Assembly: GCA_012295275.1 (NCBI GenBank)
Contig: CM022679.1
Span: 16,926,001 to 16,990,000 of the forward strand
Length of the DNA: 64,000 nucleotides
Direction of reading: 5' to 3'
Source of the DNA: Chrysomallon squamiferum
Taxonomy: Eukaryota; Animalia; Mollusca
This document shows, one piece after another, positions 1 through 12,484 of this stretch. The notes under the pieces were generated by a model. The model did no database searches and was not told the origin of the DNA. It worked only from the letters and a program-made list of their open reading frames with translations. A program made the position numbers and the translations under genes. Every line of letters begins with the position of its first letter. Within the stretch, counting starts at the first letter, position 1.

Positions 1-270
1 TTATCCTAGATCCATAAACGTCTAACTGGCTTTTGTATTTTATTATGTTTATCATCATTAGCATATTATTATTACTAAAATTATTTTTATTAATATCATC
101 ATCAACATCATCATGATCATCATCAACATCATCATTATTGGTGTTATTATTATTATTCATTTAGTCTCTTCGTCATGCTTAAAACACTAAACCCATGAAT
201 GATTTGCCATGCTGCTTCATGGCCATTCATCACCTTTGAAGCAAATCAGTCTGTATTATATGGCACGTAC

Positions 271-1736
271 CATATGAACATTAGGAACAAAATAACCAAA
301 CATGGCTATCGAAGTTGCAGTTGCCCACAGAATGAATACTCTGTTTTTCCACAAATGGAGATCTTCTATCAACGACCGCAGCGCGGGCTTCTTTATCATT
401 TCTAATGGAAGAATGGGAATCGGCTTTATCAACGAATTGACAACAGTCAAGATCGCGAAAATCACCCCTAAAATCCGAAAGGTAACTCGCCACCCGACAC
501 TGTCAACAAGACTTTGAGACAGAGGCGCCATCATGATGGAACCGAGGCTGCTACCAGCGCATACTAAACCAGTCGCCACGCCATAATAGTGATCAAAGTA
601 CATGTTTGGCAGCATTGTAGACGGGTTGATTGATAAACTGGAGCCAATGCCATATAAGACGGGAAAGGTGATGAACATCAGTTTCAGGTCGGTTACGTAT
701 GAAGAAGAGAAGACGGATATGACGCAGATAAACAAACCCGTCATCATGGATGTTCGATTTGAAAACACGGTGACGACAATTCGAGTCATGGGTGCTAGCA
801 GTTTTAATATTCCAAAACAAAGAGATCCTAACCATGCTGAAATGAAATGAATTATTACATTTTACTTCCTAAAATAATATTATAGTTATATTTTTAATAT
901 ATAATATAAATATAACCTAACAAAAAAATAACATTTATTGTACAAATATTTCTGCATGTTCAGAATAAAAAATCTAACAAATACTAAAAAAAAAAAATGA
1001 CAAACATTCAGTTTAGATTTAGAATTTGAGTTTATTGTAGTTTCTAATACCTGAATAAAGATGCCGTTTAAATTGTCGGATAACATTTGTAAAATAAAGT
1101 CACCGGGTGAATTTAAAATGTACAAGTACTACTCGGAGCACCTAATCGATGCCAGAGAATGCACTTCACAGAGGACACAGGAAGAGGTTGTAGATTCTTT
1201 TCAGTCTTGACAAAGAAGAAAAAGATAGTGCACAGAAGGGTGGAATGTAATGATGTCAAACAAACCATCATTTTCTTTTTAAATCTTCTAGTCTGTACTG
1301 ATGTTCAGTACTTAGAGCGTTGAGTAGTGTGTGATAAAATAAACGACAGCTTCTTGAAAATGATAAAGAATACTCGTTATCTGAAGCATTTAATACCAAA
1401 ACAATTTTATTTTATTTTATTTATTTATTTATTTATTAATTTTTTGTTTTGTTTTGTTTTCTCTACGGTAAAATTGCCATTAATTGTTGTTTACTAACCT
1501 GTTTCAGCCTTTGTCGAGTGGAAATCCTTTGTAAGTACCACAAAAAACACTCCGAAAACGTTGATGACTCCTGTAATAAACAGCTGATCAAGAACAGCAC
1601 AAAAGCATGCCACCCAGGCCCAACAGCTGTCTTTTACAAAAGGGGCTTTATCTTTTTTCTTTTTTTCATTCTCTTTGGTGGTGTTACCGTCGCCGAGTAG
1701 AGCAGGCCCTGCCGATGACATTTCACCTTTTTCCAT
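271..1736 (-). CDS. Monocarboxylate transporter (SLC16/MCT family, MFS), first two coding exons: 1736-1499 and 836-271; gene continues beyond the left edge
   Basis: MCT N-terminal signature (KDSCWAWVACFCAV, like DGGWGW), AETAWLGS across a phase-1 GT-AG junction, YFDHYYGVATGLVCAGSSLG and VGWRVTFRILG motifs; donor GTACGT after VPNVHM. A TACACAG acceptor at 1745-1744 implies an upstream non-coding exon. Confidence 0.9.
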
Positions 1737-1879
1737 AGTAGTTCTGTGTATTTAGATTCGTCACATGATTTTTGTATAAATTTCATATATATGACGTGCA
1801 TTTAAATGACGTCATCAGTCTTTATCATACATTTACTTTTATCTAGGCTTGATCAAATATGAAGAGATAAAAATTTGTA

Positions 1880-2072
1880 CATAGGCTAAGGATCCTTTAT
1901 TCGAAATAAAGTGTTTCGAATTGGGAATTTTCGGAATTTTCTAATACAAGGAGAGACAGAGCCTGAGAAAAGGATCTAAATTTGAGTTATATTTCATATA
2001 CAGGTTATACAAATAGTCTTCAAGATTTTATATATTATACTTCTAATAACTGTGTGCATAAAGTAAAGTTTC
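1880..2072. mobile_element. Degenerate pogo/Tigger-like DNA transposon fragment
   Basis: ATCCTTTATTCGAAAT...GTGTTTCGAATTGGGAATTTTCGGAATTTT and TTTCATATACAGGTTATACAAATAG...GTGCATAAAGTAAAGTTT resemble Tigger4/MER46-type consensus as remembered; no intact second TIR found. Confidence 0.35.
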
Positions 2073-3066
2073 TTTAACTCATTTTTTTTTCTTTTATATT
2101 TTTCTTTTTTCTTTCTTTCTTTATTGTTGTCTATTTATAGATGACCCAGTATAGAACTGAAATTTTTCGGGCGTTTTGTTTTCAGTTACGTATTTTTCAT
2201 CGTATGATACTTAATATTATATCTTAACTGTAAATATAATAATTTTTACACGTGCCGTGCACTCACTGTTAGTTTTAGGTCAGTTTTACTGAATGGACGA
2301 TGTTTGTCTAATTACACATACACATCCTGTGCTCTTGTTAATTTGTTTAGTCAACGAACGGAGTTATAACAAACAACTAAGTTTTTTTTTAATTGTTTTT
2401 TTATTTTATTTATATTTTTATTATTATTTTTTATTTTATTTTATTTACATAATTTCAATATAGGTTAATCAGCTAACACATTTTGAATATATTAAAAAAT
2501 TAGTATAATTTATCTTAACAAAACGGTGAAGAATTTTTTAAAACAAAAAGAATGAAAGAAATGAATAAATTCGTTATATTTAGTATCAACAAAATAAACA
2601 ATATTAACTAAATAGCAAACTATTTACATCTTGCTTAACAAACAAGTGAAGAAATTTGTTGATAAATAAAATATATCTTATTGTGACAATATAAATATTA
2701 ACAATTGTATATATTTAACAGGTAATAAACATATGTGATGTACATATATATTATAATTCTATAACCAAACCCTACTCATGTATGCACATACAACAGTAAA
2801 TAAAATAAATGAAGCTATCTTATGTATTAAATAAATTAACATAATTATATCTTACAACAAAAACAAATTCTAAAACATTAACGTCAAAATAACAAAGAAC
2901 TATGAAACAAAAACAAACAAAATTTACGAAAATTTTAAAATAAATAAAAATAAAATAAAATCAGATAAATAAATAAATATATACCAACATAGTTAAGCAA
3001 TAAAACTAGCTTGACTTTTCGTGAAATCTTGCGCAACTAAATATAATTATAGGTAGAACTAATAAA

Positions 3067-3104
<38 letters not shown>

Positions 3105-3111
3105 CAATAGC

Positions 3112-3150
<39 letters not shown>

Positions 3151-3212
3151 CAATTATTCATATGGTAACAAATTGACCGTAATATTTCCTTTCATAATGT
3201 ATTCATAAATGT

Positions 3213-5502
3213 TCACCAGTACAGTACACCTCCTCCAGATCGCACCGGGACCCAGTTAGTTTTTTGCTGTGTCCCCACCATTGTGTTCCCGTACAACGCA
3301 GCCTTCTGTGCTCCAGTTGGAACACATCCTGAGGGGATATGCTAGAATTAAATAAAATATTTATATAAAACAAAAGAACAAATAATAAATAAATTAGTAA
3401 ATAAATTAATTCATAAAAATAAAAATAAAAATAAAAAAATAAATAAATAAATAAATAAATAAATAAACAAATAGAATATTAAAATGCAGTTCCAAACTGG
3501 TGCTTTTGTTAAGGAATATGTGAGCATACGCAGCAAGAAAATAAATTATTTATCAAACCATTTATCTTGGAGAAAACATGAATTATTTTTGTCTACACGC
3601 ATTTAGTCTTGATATAAAAAATAAACGTCAAGTCTACATCATTTTCAGCCTACACTAATTTTATACTTACAATAATATTTTTGCCTAAAACCTAGCATGT
3701 CTACACTATCAGAAAATGACTCTTCTGTAAGACAGCAAAATGCTGTATATTATAGTTATAAGCCAAGTGTACAGATGTATTTCAAATGCATCAAATATTT
3801 CTCTATTTACATTAATCTTTGTCTGGTTTGTATTTTCTCTCGTATTAATGTAAAAGGACATTATAGTAACTATTTTGTTAGAGATTGTGCCGGAGACAAC
3901 CAGTCCTCTTTAATAAGTAATACTTAAGAATTATATAAGATAAGTGTGACTTAGACGACAGTCTTCTCTTTAATATGTAATAGATGTTAGAAATCCTTAA
4001 AAAGTATGTAAGCTATGGTGAAATGTTGTTTTTCGGAAACCCACTAGCATGCCGGTGTCTTCCCATTTGGTCGAATTCCCGTTACGTCGAAACAACTAGT
4101 CTAGCCAAATACCTGATTACCTCTGTATGTAATGAACTTGGCCTCTTGATGTTCTTACAAGTTTTGATTATAGACAGATAATGGTTTATTTACCAATATA
4201 TACATAAAACTGGTTTCTTTATTCTTCTTCTGCTGCCATAAAGTTGGCACTTGATTCTAAAATTCAGGGCGGAGCGCATTTTTTGTAAATTGATTATGTA
4301 ACATAAACCGAAAGCAGAACAAGCGTTCACTACTCATTTGTTTTAGATTATTTACTTTTCCAATCACAGCCAAGATGTTCCAGGTCGTGAGATCGATCTT
4401 CTTCTTATTATTATTATCATCATCATCAACATTATTAATATTATTATTATTATTATTATCGTTATTATTATTTAATCTGGTCATTTCTAATTCATCAATA
4501 TTTCTTTTCCGTTAAAAAAAAAAAAAAAAAAACAAAAAAAATCCAAAATTTTATAGTCAATTAAAAACCGTTTCATTAAACGCATCACAAAGAAGCTTCT
4601 AGATTTGTACAATATTTTATAACACTGTACCTATTACTGAACTTACTAAAACATCAGACACACGTGTTTTTAATATGATATTTTTTAGATGAATACCTTC
4701 TTTTTTAATTAGTTACATTCAACTACATTCAGTGCATGGACTATTTCGATATTTTCATATTTTCATACTTTATGCGATAAGCGATATCCATACTACAGTA
4801 ATAGCTCGGATTAACGATGTGATTGGTTCCAAATTTCGGATCGTTAAGTGAGATATCGTTAAGCGGGAGACTAATTTACATAGAATTAAGATTAAAAACA
4901 GTGGTTACGTTCTTCACGATTGAAATTTGACATAAATAAGAAATGTTAAATAAGAAGAAATAAAACGTCAATTTAGACATAAATGTTTTAATAGATCATA
5001 GATATTAAACAAACAGTAAATCAGTTACAAATACATTTTTACAAATACATTAAGAAATAATTATATGCCGCTGATTGTGGGTTCATATTTGTAGGTTTTG
5101 TGTTCATTTAAGATATCGTATTTTGTTTCTAAAGTAATTGTCTTCCGTTTCTTTTTATCAACAGCATTCGCCGGTGAACTTTTATTCATTTTGACACATT
5201 GAAAGGGTAAATTACAAAAGGGTTGAGTCTAAATAGAAACAAAAGAGACAACTGAATCTGAACATCACATGTACGTATGACGTCTGCATGACTACTGATC
5301 AACATGGCTGAGGGAAGCTCGTGAATGAACGTAAAACGAACGAAAACGGACTTAAACACATGCATTGTACCGATTTGTATAATTTATTTCGAGCAAATAA
5401 CTAACTATTAAATTTCTGTTTATACAATTTGTAAAAAAAAAAGAAAAAAAAAAAAGATCGTTAAATCGAGATATTGTTAAGCGAGATATTACTGTATTCA
5501 TA

Positions 5503-5538
<36 letters not shown>

Positions 5539-7330
5539 GGTTTTCAAATAATCTGGAACAGTTCATTATAATGACTGAGGTAAAAACATGCATGTCAATA
5601 AGACCAATGAACCATATAGATCCTTTCGACAAACTGGGAATTCTACCAGATGGGAGTAAGCCAGCATGTCTGCTAAAGTTCCAACCAGTCTCTGCACAAG
5701 GCTGGGACAGGAATGTTAAAACACCCCTTTGTAGTCTTTCCTAGGCGATAAAAGCAGAGATCACATTTTGGTTAAGGGAGATCAGTTTTATGCCGTACAG
5801 GATAGACATGTGACTAACTGTCAGCTGGACAGTTTATATGGATCCAGCTGACTTAGGTAACTACAGTGTGTTCCAAAAGTAACCGAACCGCAAACTTAAC
5901 TAAAATTAGATATTAAAAACAACAAATTTAATCTGTATATTTAGTATTTACAAATGTTCAAAATGTCTACCTTGAACTTTAATACTATTACGACACCTTT
6001 TGACAACACTGCGACATACATTTTGGCAAGTTTCCACCGAAATTTGGTTCCATTCGTGCAGAATACTTTGTTTCAGTTGATCAATGGTCCTAGGTTTATT
6101 AGAATAAACTGCGTTTTTTAGAACTCCCCATAGAAAGAAATCAGGTGGTGTCAGATCCGGGGATCTTGCAGGCCATTCGTTTAAATCTAAAGTTCTTCGC
6201 TGCATTTTTAAGAGTGACGGTACCATTTCAAGTCAGACCATGGAGAGTTCAGTAGCGCGCGCTAAAACAGAAGTCTCGATCACGAATAACACTACAATCA
6301 GGTAACAAAAAATCATTCCAAAGACTACCACTGATAGAAGTAAATGAATAGTACAAAAGATAACATAAAATGACATAAAAGATGGAATTAAATTTGTTAC
6401 TTTTAATATCTAATTTTATTTAAGTTTGCTGTTCGGTTACTTTTGGGACACCCTGTATAAGGTTATACCGCTCTGTTTAAGTAACTGAAAGGTAGTTTGA
6501 TCTGGCTTTATAACAAATGGTAATCCTGTAAAACAGTGAGTGAGAATAGTGGGAATCTGAGGTCAACACTGATCATCAGTAATTGTATGCATTGAGTAGT
6601 GTTATTATGACGTCAACGACCTACTAAGCAGTACGCTATTTTGATATACTTGCATATTCAAATACTTATTGAGGTGTGCTATTTTACATTCAGGAATAAA
6701 CATATTTAATATCCCCCATATGTTCACTTATGTAGTGAGAGTAATTTTATAGCATAAAACTTTTTGTAATCGGCCGTATAAGCATTGTAAGTTTACTCGA
6801 TAAATAACTATTATTAGATCATATAATACATAAATTCTTTAAATCTAAACTTGTATTGTTGTGATTCTAGTGATTTAACGTTAGCTGAATATAAATACAT
6901 GTAAGATCTGTTTTCCTGAATACTCTTAGAGCCGAGCCAAATCGGGTTAGCTATCTACCCGGCATAGCTAGATCTATCGGTATTGTTAGTGCTATTTTTG
7001 ACGAAGAGTTTTACGCCCGTTGCGGTCTTCTACTTTGGTTATGCGACTGCGTTAGACAGCGACAGTGACAGTTACCGAGCCGACTAGAGTACCACCACAT
7101 GAACAATAACGACAATAACAAGTGGATTTGTTTACCCCTAACAGAAATAATTAATCTGTAACTAACGATGAAATATAATACTATCAAACTTACTGATATT
7201 ACTGGTTCGTCACTGAAGGCATATGTATTCCCCACACTAATGACCCGGGGGTCAGCTTCATGGTAAACACCTTGTGGGTACGCTCCCTGTGCGTAAAACA
7301 AATTGTTATAAATACATAACAACAAAACAG

Positions 7331-7418
<88 letters not shown>

Positions 7419-9364
7419 GCTGGAATCTGGTGTTTATTTCTTTCATCATACAAATAAAATAAAATAAAATAATAATAATAATTATAAAAGTTTTTAAAAT
7501 TTCAATTTTTTTTTTTTTTATATTGTGTATTTTTCACCCACCCACCCAGATAAACACAGATAAATTTATTTACATATAAAAGGTAAAAAGAGTATTATGT
7601 AAAAGCTAAGCGTGATTTCAGATTAAAAATAAATTACTCACAGGCTCGTCACAGCTTTCTACTGTTGGTGGTATGTAAGGCTCAGACGTAGTCACTGGGT
7701 AAGGGTTATATGTAGGTGCATTCTTCATGGCTTTTTCTTTGAAGTGTGACGACAAACAAAAATAAATACATAAATATAAAAGATTAATTACATTAAATGA
7801 CAACATATAAACAGCGACTGAAATAGTGGTATGCAAGTGGGTGGCGTTCACCAAACTTTTACTTTCCAGTTTATTTCTAGTTTCTGTACTAGTTCGGAAT
7901 TACATATATTTATTATTTATCCTTTGTCTGTTGTCTATAATTATATGTGCATATTTTATTCAGCTCTCACAAACAACATATGTAATAAGTTATATCAGCA
8001 AAAAACTAAATCTCAGTTTTTTTTTTCTGAATCTTTTATCTCCACGCTGGCAAGCCATGTGTTTTGAGTGGTCTCTGTACACTGGTGTAGTAGCTTGTCA
8101 AGTATTGCTAGAAGGCGCATTTATCCTTTAAATATGACTTACACTTTTGCATGATCTTCAGACGTAGGTAATAGATAATTTATTTATTTTTCTATTATCT
8201 GTCTCAAGTAATAAACTGCATTTTCACATTACAAAACATTTTTCACGGAGGAGTTTATCACATTCACCTCCGTCAGCCGTACAGACCTTAGAGTACCTAA
8301 ATTCCTAAAACCCAATTCTATTATTTTATATAATGGTTCTGTAATGTACTTACAGGTTTGAATAGTTAATCCAAACTTACATTATTGTTATCAATATTTT
8401 CCAAGTATAATGTGTTCATTTTATGTCATAATGTTTGAACAGTTTTTGGATTTTGTGTTGTTGTTTTAATGTTAAGTTCTAAAAGTAATTAGGCTTTGAT
8501 AATTAAAATTGAGGTTGCAGGTAAAAACAGCAATTCTAACTGGGACATTTTCACGTCAATTTGATTTTGAAACGTACCAGCCCAGTCAATGCAAATGTAT
8601 CAGATACCAAACAAAAAGTTCCAGTTGTTACAGTTACTTATTACGTAAAAACAAATAAATGCTCATGTCTTTCCATTTCCATTTAGTCATTTCGTATAAT
8701 GCTTGAAAACGATTTTTTGCTATTTTATTATAAAATGACTGAAATGTTCAGTAATCTTTGTCCCTATTACTCACAGAATAGATCAGGCATTTCAAGTAAT
8801 GACTTGTTTTGCAGGTTCACTGTAACTTATAAAGGTACCTACATTATATTGTTTAAAATTATTATTCAGGCATTATTCAAAGAAAACACATCAATGACAT
8901 ACCAGAACAATTTTTTGATATATCATTTGAAATCAAAAATAGCATTTACTATAAAGTTATTTATTCATATTATCATAATTACATTTAAATTCTAATTAGC
9001 TGACTTCTTGATGTCTGTCCACAAACAATAAATATTAAATAGTATATTTCCTGCAAAAAACCTGAGACACTTTTACCTGGTTCGTCTCGTAAACATGGAA
9101 CAGGTTTACAGGTAGGCTGCGTGATACCTAACGGGACAAAAAGAGGTGTAGGAGGGATGCATCCCTCGGGAAGATGCACATTTAGTACAGGATGTTTCGT
9201 TGGATTACCTGTATAAGAAAATAGTTGTAATGAAATAATATTAAATATAATTTAGTTGTTATAATTTAATATAAAAAAAATCAGATTTTTGTTATTCTAA
9301 TTTCTTAAAATAAATAAATAAATAATAATAATAATAATAAAAAATGTAAATTATGATGATGATG

Positions 9365-9403
<39 letters not shown>

Positions 9404-10230
9404 TATTCGTGTTACATTATTGTCGTTGTTGTTGCTGCTTATTAGGATAATCGTGTATAAAATGAACACAAAATTAAAATTTAAGGAAAATGTAAAGGAA
9501 AATGTAAAGGAAAATTGAATGCATTTTAATAACGCTGTACGTCTTATAAAGGACTTTTACATAATTGTTTTTTATTTTTATTATTATTTTTTTTTTTTAA
9601 ATCAATATTTATACTGCTCATAAAATTATTATTAGACTCAAATATTTTATTAATTTGTATGTTACTGTTGTCGTTTAATGACTGGAATTCTTTCAAAAAA
9701 ATTATCAAAATAGCTGTAGGTAAGCCATAATGTATAACAGGAATATAAATCTACGATCACGATTACAAATCTTTCACTAATATTACACTAAGAAGCAATT
9801 TCCTGTTTTTGTTTACGTTTATGAAACTTAGCGACTAGATCAACAGCTCTATTATACTGCTCAAAAGTAAGACTGTCCCCCACCACCCCTATTTAACAAA
9901 TCATTAAACCGACCCTGGGTCAACCAAAATATGAGTTTTAAAAAGTATTGAACGAGAATTAGTATTTTTATTGCTTAATTCAGGATTTATTTTAACATTT
10001 TATTTCAAACAACAGGTGTAACGAACAATCTACAAATCACCGGCTCAGGTTCGTAAATAATAGAGTGGTTAAAATAAAAAAATCGATAAATAGTATACTT
10101 TGGGGAAGGTAATCGTCAGATAAGTATAAGATATAGGTGCCTAATGTCGTGTTTTTAAACCATTGATTTGGTATAACTTTCAGTTAATACAAAAACAATG
10201 TTTAAATAAGTGTAACGTACCTGACGTCAT
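3213..10230 (-). CDS. DAZAP2-like proline-rich protein; exons 10230-10221, 9208-9077, 7736-7642, 7286-7194, (candidate 4100-4053), 3341-3213; 152 aa, or 168 aa with the candidate exon
   Basis: All core junctions are GT-AG with matching phases (1,1,0,0). The last exon reads HIPSGCVPTGAQKAALYGNTMVGTQQKTNWVPVRSGGGVLYW*, matching the DAZAP2 C-terminal pattern PPGCPPNAAQLAVMQGANVLVTQRKGNFFMGGSDGGYTIW; upstream exons are P/Y/T-rich. Confidence 0.75.
4796..5494. mobile_element. Tigger/pogo-like non-autonomous element (MITE, about 700 bp)
   Basis: Imperfect TIRs CAGTAATAGCTCGGATTAACGAT / reverse complement CAGTAATATCTCGCTTAACAAT; TA on both sides (4794-4795, 5495-5496); subterminal TCGTTAAG..GAGAT repeats at both ends. 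Confidence 0.8.
5864..6455 (-). mobile_element. Internally deleted Tc1/mariner element with transposase C-terminal fragment (ORF 6226-5948)
   Basis: About 69-bp TIRs CAG(T/G)GTGT(T/C)CCAAAAGTAACCGAAC..., TA TSD, WPARSPDLTPPDFFLWG and QGRHFEHL motifs. Confidence 0.93.
7333..7415. repeat. (CT)n microsatellite
   Basis: Perfect CT run; explains the ERER/LSLS ORFs. Confidence 0.98.
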
Positions 10231-12484
10231 TTTGTTACCACAGACTCTCCGGTGACCTCATTTCAATCGCTTCCTGTTGCATATATTTGCCTAGTACCGT
10301 TCAATATAGTGCAACATAATAAACCATTATGTCGTTGCTATTTTTAATATATATTTATATCCTCCATTTGTTGCGCGCGTGCAATACATATTGTAGAATG
10401 TAGTACTTACATCAAAATAAGTCATTCTTTGTGAGGAGGGAAGTCGACTCGACTCCTGAAATTTAGCCATAATTTTTTCTGAACAATAAATTATAGTATA
10501 ATCATTTTGGTGTTCAAACGCGTAAAACAACTAGAAATATTACCATATATATATATATATATAATTTATTTTGTTTCGGGGTGTGTGTGTGAATAATTTG
10601 ATCAACTGAAATCACTGTTCAAAGAATGTTACTAGTTTACAAAAGTTTATTTGTATCGCTGAAAGAAATATATATTTATTTATTAGTATATATTTATTTA
10701 TAACTAATCTGCCAATTAAGAACACTAAGATACAAATTTATCTACTGTCAATTTACTGATGAACAAAAACAACAAAAATAGACTTAACATAACATTAATA
10801 ATATTAATAATGTCAGCCACAATGTGTTTTATTACAAAGTATAATGAATATGCAAATTTCCCACTTGTTCAAATTTATATCTAGTTTTATAATGTGTTCT
10901 AAATGAATTATCCCAGTTAGGTGTATACTAATAAATCTAAAACATAATTATTATTTCAGCTAATATTATATTGATGCTTAATGAAATATTTTTGATCAAG
11001 AGGGATCATTAGACTTAACTGAAACATATTCTTATAATTATTCATGTATATAAATGCAATTAAAATTAGTTAATTGAGTATTTGTAAATATACTAGTTAA
11101 AATGAAATGTATTATTTTCAAAAAAGTACAGCAGATGGAAGTGGATGAGCTGGATGACAGAAACATCCAACCAATGCAGGTAGATCCATTTGGGAATATT
11201 ATTATGCTGAATTGACAGGTATGTAAATGGGTTGGCAGTTTTATATGCTTGCAGTTGTCAAAAGAATAAACAGTAATATTAATATTACTCAAATGCTATA
11301 TTTGTTAAATGTTTAAAGTTTGTTAAATCTAGGGGGAAAAAAGCATGAATACTGCAGGACATTTTCTCATAATGCCTGAGTTCACTTCATAAACTTGTAA
11401 TTATATAATATATTGAACATTAGTCCCAAAAAATAAAATGCAAATTAAAATTTTAAAAATATTATAAATTATATTGTAGATTTGAATAAATTCTGTATTT
11501 GTTGCTGTAATATCTGTAACCTGCTAAAGAAGAGAATAAACACATGAAACAGAATAAAGGTTTATTTCACCAGCTAATTACAGATGGCACAAAAGCCATC
11601 AAAATATTGCATGCCATGGGTAAAAATAAAATACAGTGACATTTAAAAGTTTTGTATTTGACAGATCAACTGCAGTATTCAGTTACTTCAGACCTCTCCG
11701 AATTCTCTTTTCATTCACACACACGCACACATATACAGAACTAATCTATTATTTAGATATATATATGTTGCATATACATAGATTATTATAGAAAAATTCT
11801 AATTATATACAGCAAATGAAAAGAAATATTAAAAATAAGGTACTGAAAAACACCCAATAAATAAAGGAAAGAGAAAAACTGATATAGAGGACATTTTTCT
11901 TACAATAGCAGTGATCACATTCAGTAAGAGAAACAAAGTATAATATATTTACAGGTCTCAGTTTCTGGTGAAATATTCTTGATAATATAATCAACAGATA
12001 AATAAGTGAATCAATAAAACAAAATAAAATCATAACCTTTATTTGTAACAGAAACTTGACACCTGCACCAAACCAGAAACAATATTATAATTCGGCAAAA
12101 TACTAAAACTTTTGTTACATCTCTTTTCATAAATCTTATTTTTTGCCTTCAGGGTATGTATTTTTATGTCTGTGCATGAATATGAATTTGTACAATACTG
12201 ATGAAGGATTTTACATAACATTATTTATTTATTCATTCAATTTTCATGTTATTGTCTTTTGAAGTTTTTTTATTTTTTTTATTTTTAAACTTGGTATCTC
12301 TAAATTAAAGTATATTTTCTTTAGTAGTCAAATGTAAACTAATGGGTTTGGTGATGCATTTAACAGAAATGGCCACTTTTTAACTGAAATGTCTAATGTT
12401 GTTTGTGCCAGTAAAACAGTATTTATTTTTCCAATTTTTCTTTTCTTTTCTTTTTGATGATGACGGAGTAAAGAACAAACAAGC

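Noticed and set aside
199-850. Plus-strand and alternate-frame ORFs over the MCT exon
   Set aside because: Shadow ORFs of a GC-richer coding exon, with no recognisable motifs.
5821-5851. 9-bp hairpin TCAGCTGGA...TCCAGCTGA as a Helitron end or terminator
   Set aside because: No properly placed CTRR terminus or other supporting feature.
7199-7462. ERER/LSLS ORFs, and poly-L, poly-N, poly-I and KTNK ORFs at 29982, 32932, 46725, 50046 and 56502
   Set aside because: Translations of microsatellites and low-complexity DNA.
10240-10310. RFX X-box-like motif upstream of the DAZAP2-like gene
   Set aside because: TTTGCCTAGTACC has too many mismatches to the consensus.
11135-11185. Exon-like + strand stretch MEVDELDDRNIQPMQ|GT in the presumed SEC24C 3' UTR
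   Set aside because: No polypyrimidine tract and no partner exons.
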